Origin: a virus
Lineage: Duplodnaviria; Caudoviricetes
Virus record (IMG/VR): IMGVR_UViG_2912838376_000002
Location: 1-64,000 of that record
Length of the DNA stretch: 64,000 bases
Direction: 5' to 3' (one strand)
Within the stretch, counting starts at the first letter, position 1, and each line of letters opens with the position of its first letter. The notes beneath the pieces are model-generated. The model did not search any database and was not told the DNA's origin. It was given only the letters and a program-made list of their open reading frames with translations. The position numbers and the translations under genes were made by a program. Below are positions 58,685 through 64,000 of the stretch, piece after piece.

Positions 58685-59287
58685 TTAACCTACTTGTAAT
58701 CCGTACTCAACGATGAAGGCTTCGACACCTTTGTTGTATCCTTTACCTTCAGCACCGAATCTCCAGTCACCATCTTTTAGGTAAAGTTTGAATAGAAGAA
58801 TTGCTGTTTCAGTTGAGTAGTTTTCTTCTAAATCGTACTCGTACATTGGCTCGTTTGTTTCGTCATTAACAAGAACTACTTTCGCGTTACGAACGTCACC
58901 GAAGCGCACACCGTCATTTGTACTAGCAATGAAGTGCATCTCAGTGATATGAGCTGGAAGACGAGTGAAGTCAACAGAGATAACTTCATCTGCACCATCT
59001 TTGCTTCCTGACATTTCATCACCACTATGAACGATTGCTCCACTTGGATGAATAGCTAAGTTGTTTCCATTGTCGTCATAACCGAATGCCACGATGAAGT
59101 CACGATCTTCACGACACTTACCATTAGATTGAAGAGCTACTGCAAAGATATCTAAATCGTGTTTACCGCCTGTATCGAATCGGTTTTCATCCCAAGAGAT
59201 CTCAGCACGAAGTTTCTTCAGTCCTGGTTGTTCCTTACGTAAATTGATTCGTTGTCCGCCTACTACTTTTTGTAAATTAACTGCCAT
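58685..59287 (-). CDS. terD: TerD-family protein
   Basis: GQRINL, DLD, HSGD..SG...DE.I and DWRF.A.G.G. Confidence 0.85.
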   Translation of the reverse strand: MAVNLQKVVGGQRINLRKEQPGLKKLRAEISWDENRFDTGGKHDLDIFAVALQSNGKCREDRDFIVAFGYDDNGNNLAIHPSGAIVHSGDEMSGSKDGADEVISVDFTRLPAHITEMHFIASTNDGVRFGDVRNAKVVLVNDETNEPMYEYDLEENYSTETAILLFKLYLKDGDWRFGAEGKGYNKGVEAFIVEYGLQVG

Positions 59288-59338
59288 GATTAATTTCCTC
59301 CTGTTGTATGTTAGTTTTTTGTTTGAGTTTGTTTTTGA

Positions 59339-59989
59339 TTAACCAATAATTGCTCTTTCAATTACATCAATAGAACCAGATTGAACACCTTGTCCTAAAG
59401 CTTTGAACTTCCAATCACCGCTATGTTTGTAAAGCTTACCAAGAACTACTCCACGCATTCCCTTGAATTCATCTAATTCATAGCGTACTAACTCATCGTT
59501 GGTTTCAGAATTCAAAAGACGTACATATGAACCTCTTAATCGTCGGTCATTAAAATCGTTAGCTCCTGAGAAGATGTTTGCAATAACATAAATCTCTTTA
59601 ACAGCCGGATTAAGTTTTTGAAGATCTACATAGATTTCCTCATTGTCTACTTCACCGAACTGATTGTTACCGCTGCGGTCATCACCTGCATGGTAAACAC
59701 CTTGAGCACTACGCATTGCATAGTAAACACGGTCTACCTTACGACCCTTTTCATCTAGTAAAATAACTGCAGAGTCAACATCGATTGCTCCACCTGACAT
59801 AAATGATTCACTAGAACTAGAACGACGACCGCCACCGAAGATTGCAGATAAAAGACTTACTTTTTCCTTTTTCTCTTCCTTCTTCTCAATTAGTGCTCCC
59901 CATCGTAAACCTAATGTCACTTTACGTAGACTTGAATTTTCTTTTGCTAATACAACTGTTTGACCAGCTTTAATAAGATTGATAGCCAT
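59339..59989 (-). CDS. TerD/TerZ-family protein
   Basis: LGLRW, IDVDSA, HAGDDRSG...DNEEI and WKFKALG. Confidence 0.85.
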   Translation of the reverse strand: MAINLIKAGQTVVLAKENSSLRKVTLGLRWGALIEKKEEKKEKVSLLSAIFGGGRRSSSSESFMSGGAIDVDSAVILLDEKGRKVDRVYYAMRSAQGVYHAGDDRSGNNQFGEVDNEEIYVDLQKLNPAVKEIYVIANIFSGANDFNDRRLRGSYVRLLNSETNDELVRYELDEFKGMRGVVLGKLYKHSGDWKFKALGQGVQSGSIDVIERAIIG

Positions 59990-60048
59990 ATATAAATCCT
60001 CCCCGATTTGTTTTGCTTATAAGTTACATAAAATTTATCCCTATTTCC

Positions 60049-60255
60049 CTATTTCTTCAGACGTTTCTTTTTGAATTCAATAATCGTAGTAGGGACGATG
60101 AAAATTGCTAAAGCCATAAAAACAATATCTATCCATAATGCTGTATCAGATCCCACAATGGCACGATGAGCAGAATCGATAAAGATAAAGAACCACCCTA
60201 CAATAACAAACACATCAACACCCATTTGAAACTTCGTAGATTTTATAAATTTCAT
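60049..60255 (-). CDS. Two-TM membrane protein
   Basis: Hydrophobic 68-aa ORF with ATGA overlap. Confidence 0.6.
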   Translation of the reverse strand: MKFIKSTKFQMGVDVFVIVGWFFIFIDSAHRAIVGSDTALWIDIVFMALAIFIVPTTIIEFKKKRLKK

Positions 60256-60773
60256 GCAGACCTTCCTTTCTTTAATTCTCTGTATCTCTTTCGATAATCA
60301 TCCAGTTCTTTTCGAGTAGAACTTAACTGTCTTCTCAATGAAGATACGATAGAAGGACTTGCACTTTGGAAAAGCTTGTCCGACTCTCTTGATAATGATC
60401 GAATCAATGAATCTTTTAATACTTTCTCTTCCACTAATAGCTTTTGCTTTTTGGCTTTCTTAACGCACATTCCGTTAACATAAACACCTACATGAGATGG
60501 GATTTCATCTTTAACCTTCTCAAATAATTCTTTAGGCATTACAAAGTAATTGAAATGTCCGCAAAACGTTTTCTTTGCTTTACTTCTAAAGTCAGCAAGT
60601 GAAACTTTAATTTCATAGCATCGCCAAACGCCCTTAGTGTCATAAGTCATATAATCGACTCGTTCATTGCCATTAAATCCGATAGTGACTTCAAAACAAC
60701 CAAAGACACCCATCTTTTTTGTAGCAAAGTATATCTGTCTTTCTAATTGAGTTGTTAATGCTGTTTTAGCTAT
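60252..60773 (-). CDS. MmcB-like PD-(D/E)xK protein; probable ATA start
   Basis: FEV...RVDYM...CYEIKVSLADF; the frame stays open to ATA 60773, which has a GGAG RBS. Confidence 0.65.
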   Translation of the reverse strand: MAKTALTTQLERQIYFATKKMGVFGCFEVTIGFNGNERVDYMTYDTKGVWRCYEIKVSLADFRSKAKKTFCGHFNYFVMPKELFEKVKDEIPSHVGVYVNGMCVKKAKKQKLLVEEKVLKDSLIRSLSRESDKLFQSASPSIVSSLRRQLSSTRKELDDYRKRYRELKKGRSA

Positions 60774-60842
60774 TCAAATCAACTCCTAATGTATTCACAC
60801 GAACAATAAACAATCTGCTATTTCAAGTAGGATAATTCATGT

Positions 60843-61733
60843 CTAAGCAGCTTTGCAGTTGTTTAAATTGTTAGCATAGATTTTGCTGTGATTCATTTCT
60901 CTTGCTCTTTCCTCTTGAATCTTCCTAAGTCTTTCCTTGTCCTCTTCTAATGCAGCTTCTGCTCTTTCTATCATGTCATCACTCAAAGCTCTGAACTGGA
61001 GAAACCCCGCTTGCATATGTAAATCAAGGTGTTTAAACATTTCACCGAATTCTGTTTCCCAAGATACACGTTTACTTACAGTATCTTCGATTGTAATTTT
61101 ACCGCCCTGTTTATAGACGAAGATTTCACACATAGGAGACTTATTATCATTTAAGAAAGCTTTACCAAGAAACACTACGTCACTATGGTAAGATAGTACT
61201 GTTTTAATTTCAGAATAAGAAAATTCTCTTACCTTACTCTTTCGTTTTCTTGTTGTGCGTTGTGTATTTAAATTCATTAAATCTATTTTCAAACTATCAC
61301 GCTGAGATTTTACGCTTACTAAACTTTGATTTAGTTTAGCAATCTCTTTGTCTTTTTCTTTTAATTGATTTTTGTATTTGTCAGCAACTTGTTTTAATGC
61401 GTCTATTTCGCCTTTTGGATCATATTCCATTTGCTCAAGACTTTCCCAACAAAAATTACTCTCATCAATTTCAATCGACATGATAGATGAATACTTCTTG
61501 CTTGAGTTGTATACTGGCTTCCATTTGTTAATGAAGTACAGTTCTAATACACTCATATCTGACTCACTATCTAATTCAATACACTCTACTACGGATACTT
61601 GTTCATAACATTCCTCCGGCAAATGACCGTTCTTTCCGAAATGTTGTCGCATCCTATTCTTTATGTTGTTGGTTTTGCCGACGTATATGATTTGGTTCTC
61701 AACGTCAAGAAACCTATAAACGTAAAAATCCAT
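60843..61733 (-). CDS. GIY-YIG nuclease-domain protein with coiled coil
   Basis: YVYRF...IIYVGKTNNIKNRMRQH...E...I....P.YN. Confidence 0.8.
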   Translation of the reverse strand: MDFYVYRFLDVENQIIYVGKTNNIKNRMRQHFGKNGHLPEECYEQVSVVECIELDSESDMSVLELYFINKWKPVYNSSKKYSSIMSIEIDESNFCWESLEQMEYDPKGEIDALKQVADKYKNQLKEKDKEIAKLNQSLVSVKSQRDSLKIDLMNLNTQRTTRKRKSKVREFSYSEIKTVLSYHSDVVFLGKAFLNDNKSPMCEIFVYKQGGKITIEDTVSKRVSWETEFGEMFKHLDLHMQAGFLQFRALSDDMIERAEAALEEDKERLRKIQEERAREMNHSKIYANNLNNCKAA

Positions 61734-61840
61734 CAGTAAAACCTCTTTCTATATTGCTAATAAATAAAGACCGAACCCCAGTCAGGAATTCAGTCTTTAA
61801 AATAGAACCATTTGTTTTCAATTTGTCAATAGGTCAAAAA

Positions 61841-63376
61841 TTATGCTGCTTGAAGTCGCGCACGAATTTCACTTAATGATTCATCGCGCATAAGCTTTCC
61901 ATCAACAAATACATCTTGTAATAAATCTACATCTTTAAGCGCATTTGCTTGTTCTTTATTTAAACCATCAATGCCAATGATACCAAAGTCATCATCTTCT
62001 GTTACTACTACACGACCACGTTGAGATTTCTTAGTTCCATCATCTGTTTTTGGATCCTTGAACAATAAGCGCTCTTGTCCATTTACTACAGCATATGTAG
62101 CTTTCATAGCAAAACCTAAAGAATCGCGAGTTTGATATTGGAAAGTATAAGATCCCACGCCGAATACAACGTTTGTTGAAGCGAAGCCTTTTTCTTCTAA
62201 CTTCTCAACAATAGCTTTTGCACGCTCAAGAGTAATAGAGTCGCCATAGATTGCACCAATATGAGTATCTAACAGTTTGTAACCCTTCTCAGTAATTGTT
62301 CCACCAAAGATATCCCATAAAGCTTCAATTAAGCCTTTACGTTCAAGTTCTGTTTCTCCTTCTGGGTTACCAGTAAGAATAAGAACAGGATCTCCACTAT
62401 CAGGACGAATAACCATACGGCCATCACGTTCCATGATTTCCTTCTTAAGACGAGGAAGGATTTCTCCTACTACTACCCAGAAATCATACGTGTCAGAAAC
62501 TACACTGAAGAATCCTTTAGGGTATACCTCAGTTACAAGACGCTTGTACATTGCGAATTCATCACGGTTATCCGCATCTGTATTAGCACTCATTACTGAA
62601 TGTTCAGTAGCTGGGATAGAAGTTCCTACTAATTCTTTTTCGATGTTCGCATTATAATAATGCTCAAGGTAAGCAATAGCTGGAACCGTATCTGTTCCTA
62701 CGAATGATAATAAGTGTCCTGCTCCACTTGCCATAGCAGACTCTAAGCTGCTCATTCCACGCATAGAGAAATCGTGTGCTTGAAACGGTACATCATTTGC
62801 ATGACCTACTGTTTTCATAGCCATATCAATTAATAACTTGCGGTACTGATAAGAAACAGTCGCACTTGTCATTGGTAACCAAATTTCATTCGACATAATT
62901 GTTTCAAGATAGTTAGTAATCCAGAAAGTAGATACAATGTCTGGTCGTGTGTTCTCAACAGATAAAACTGGTACCTTGATTGGCGCTAGCGTTCCTTCTG
63001 GTAATGCTTTCACTTGTAACGGCATATATCCTAACTTGTGAAGTTCAATGATGTGTGCAGCATTTGGCTCTTCAATAAATAAAGTGTGTTTCATGTAACG
63101 AACATATTCTGCTACTACATCCTCAAGTGGTCGGTTAAAGAAATTCTCATTGAAGTAATCGATTAGATATTTCTTAACAAAAGATTGAATACCGAATACT
63201 ACTACTTTGTCTGCATATGGCATGTAGCGATTGCTACGTGGAGTAAACGTAGAGTAAATTACTTCCGTACCTTCTGGGTATTGATCAATATGGGACGTTT
63301 TATAATAGTCACAAAGTAACATTGGTGGACAAACCGGTTTCGCTTTAAATGATGTTAAATTTTTATCGTAAGTCAT
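61841..63376 (-). CDS. Nicotinamide phosphoribosyltransferase-like protein (NAMPT; candidate NARP1 Namat)
   Basis: CDYYKTSH, HDFSMRG, IPATEHSVM, SVVSDTYD, RPDSGDP and GAIYGDSIT. Confidence 0.9.
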   Translation of the reverse strand: MTYDKNLTSFKAKPVCPPMLLCDYYKTSHIDQYPEGTEVIYSTFTPRSNRYMPYADKVVVFGIQSFVKKYLIDYFNENFFNRPLEDVVAEYVRYMKHTLFIEEPNAAHIIELHKLGYMPLQVKALPEGTLAPIKVPVLSVENTRPDIVSTFWITNYLETIMSNEIWLPMTSATVSYQYRKLLIDMAMKTVGHANDVPFQAHDFSMRGMSSLESAMASGAGHLLSFVGTDTVPAIAYLEHYYNANIEKELVGTSIPATEHSVMSANTDADNRDEFAMYKRLVTEVYPKGFFSVVSDTYDFWVVVGEILPRLKKEIMERDGRMVIRPDSGDPVLILTGNPEGETELERKGLIEALWDIFGGTITEKGYKLLDTHIGAIYGDSITLERAKAIVEKLEEKGFASTNVVFGVGSYTFQYQTRDSLGFAMKATYAVVNGQERLLFKDPKTDDGTKKSQRGRVVVTEDDDFGIIGIDGLNKEQANALKDVDLLQDVFVDGKLMRDESLSEIRARLQAA

Positions 63377-63402
63377 AATAAATTCCTCCTGGTATAAGTT
63401 AA

Positions 63403-64000
63403 TTAAGCAGCTTCTACTGCGTCCTCTTGTTCTTCTTCGTTTTCTTCCTCACTCCACATTGGGTAGATAATTTCTACCTTCTCGTGAGTTGATTCATCAA
63501 TGATTGAATCAGAAGTGTAAACCTTTGTAATTAAATCTGATTCAGGGATTTTCCCTTTGAAGATACTGTCTTCACAATGAGTAACAGCAAGGAAAATGTC
63601 TCCTGCTCCTAGTTCTTTTAATGATGCAGCGCTCATCATAAATGTGCCGCCAAATGAACTTAAGTCATCAAGGATAATTACTTTTCGACCTGGTTCGATA
63701 TCACCGATAACTTGTAAACTCTCAATCATACCTGTCTCAACGTTACGTTTCTTGAAACCTACTAATTCATTAGGAAGTCCTAGTTTGCTATAACGTTTTT
63801 GAGCGCCTGCATCTGGGAAAAATACATAATCCTTTTCTGTATCAAACTCAATTTTTTCTGAAACAAGTTCGAATAAATGAGCACCATCTTCAAGTGCAAT
63901 ACAGTTATTTAATAAAGCAACAGCGACGTCTGAATGAGATTCGTGGACGTAGATTTGACTAAAATTAAGTGAATTAATAAAGTCGCATACATATTTCAAG
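63403..64000 (-). CDS. Ribose-phosphate pyrophosphokinase-like protein (candidate NARP1 Adps), 5'-truncated
   Basis: FPDAGAQKRY, K.R, ILDDLSSFGGTF and VTH; frame open to the window edge. Confidence 0.85.
   Translation of the reverse strand, partial: LKYVCDFINSLNFSQIYVHESHSDVAVALLNNCIALEDGAHLFELVSEKIEFDTEKDYVFFPDAGAQKRYSKLGLPNELVGFKKRNVETGMIESLQVIGDIEPGRKVIILDDLSSFGGTFMMSAASLKELGAGDIFLAVTHCEDSIFKGKIPESDLITKVYTSDSIIDESTHEKVEIIYPMWSEEENEEEQEDAVEAA

Noticed and set aside
1-64000. CRISPR array, tRNA, rRNA, IS transposase, reverse transcriptase/DGR, or introns/inteins in nrdE/nrdF
   Set aside because: None recognised by eye; nrdE is uninterrupted and of normal length; fibre repeats are in-frame coding repeats with no RT in the window

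Overview
A 64-kb AT-rich segment of a large Bacillus-type jumbo-phage-like replicon, probably a B. cereus-group prophage-plasmid (inferred from gene content; it recalls pBtic235-type elements, but no search was run). Bases 1-35.3 kb are an all-plus-strand virion tail/baseplate/fibre module. It contains a LysM protein, modular 1171-, 2443- and ~925-aa fibres, a DUF4376-like chaperone and a five-member paralogous family, with several frameshifts near the left end. At ~37.1 kb gene orientation flips, and 37-64 kb is mostly minus-strand accessory and metabolic cargo: a RelE-like TA pair, a GNAT pair, a WXG100-HNH toxin with SMI1 immunity, a nucleotidyltransferase, MazG, nrdI/E/F with a redoxin, a subtilase, NupC, Sir2, DHH, TerC/TerD and a PRPS-like plus NAMPT-like (NARP1-type) pair. 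The strongest signal is an apparently complete chromosome-style replication terminus on this element. It comprises an RTP homologue, two oppositely oriented Ter-like sites sharing an identical 21-bp core (25.8 kb and 51.6 kb) in fork-trap polarity around the strand switch, a XerS-like recombinase, a dif-like site, and three 11-6-11 palindromic difSL-like sites, two of which bracket a TA cassette. An ArfA-like 49-aa peptide, other small ORFs and two candidate anti-SD sRNAs are missing from the ORF track. All family assignments come from motif recognition, and reference sequences are quoted from memory.
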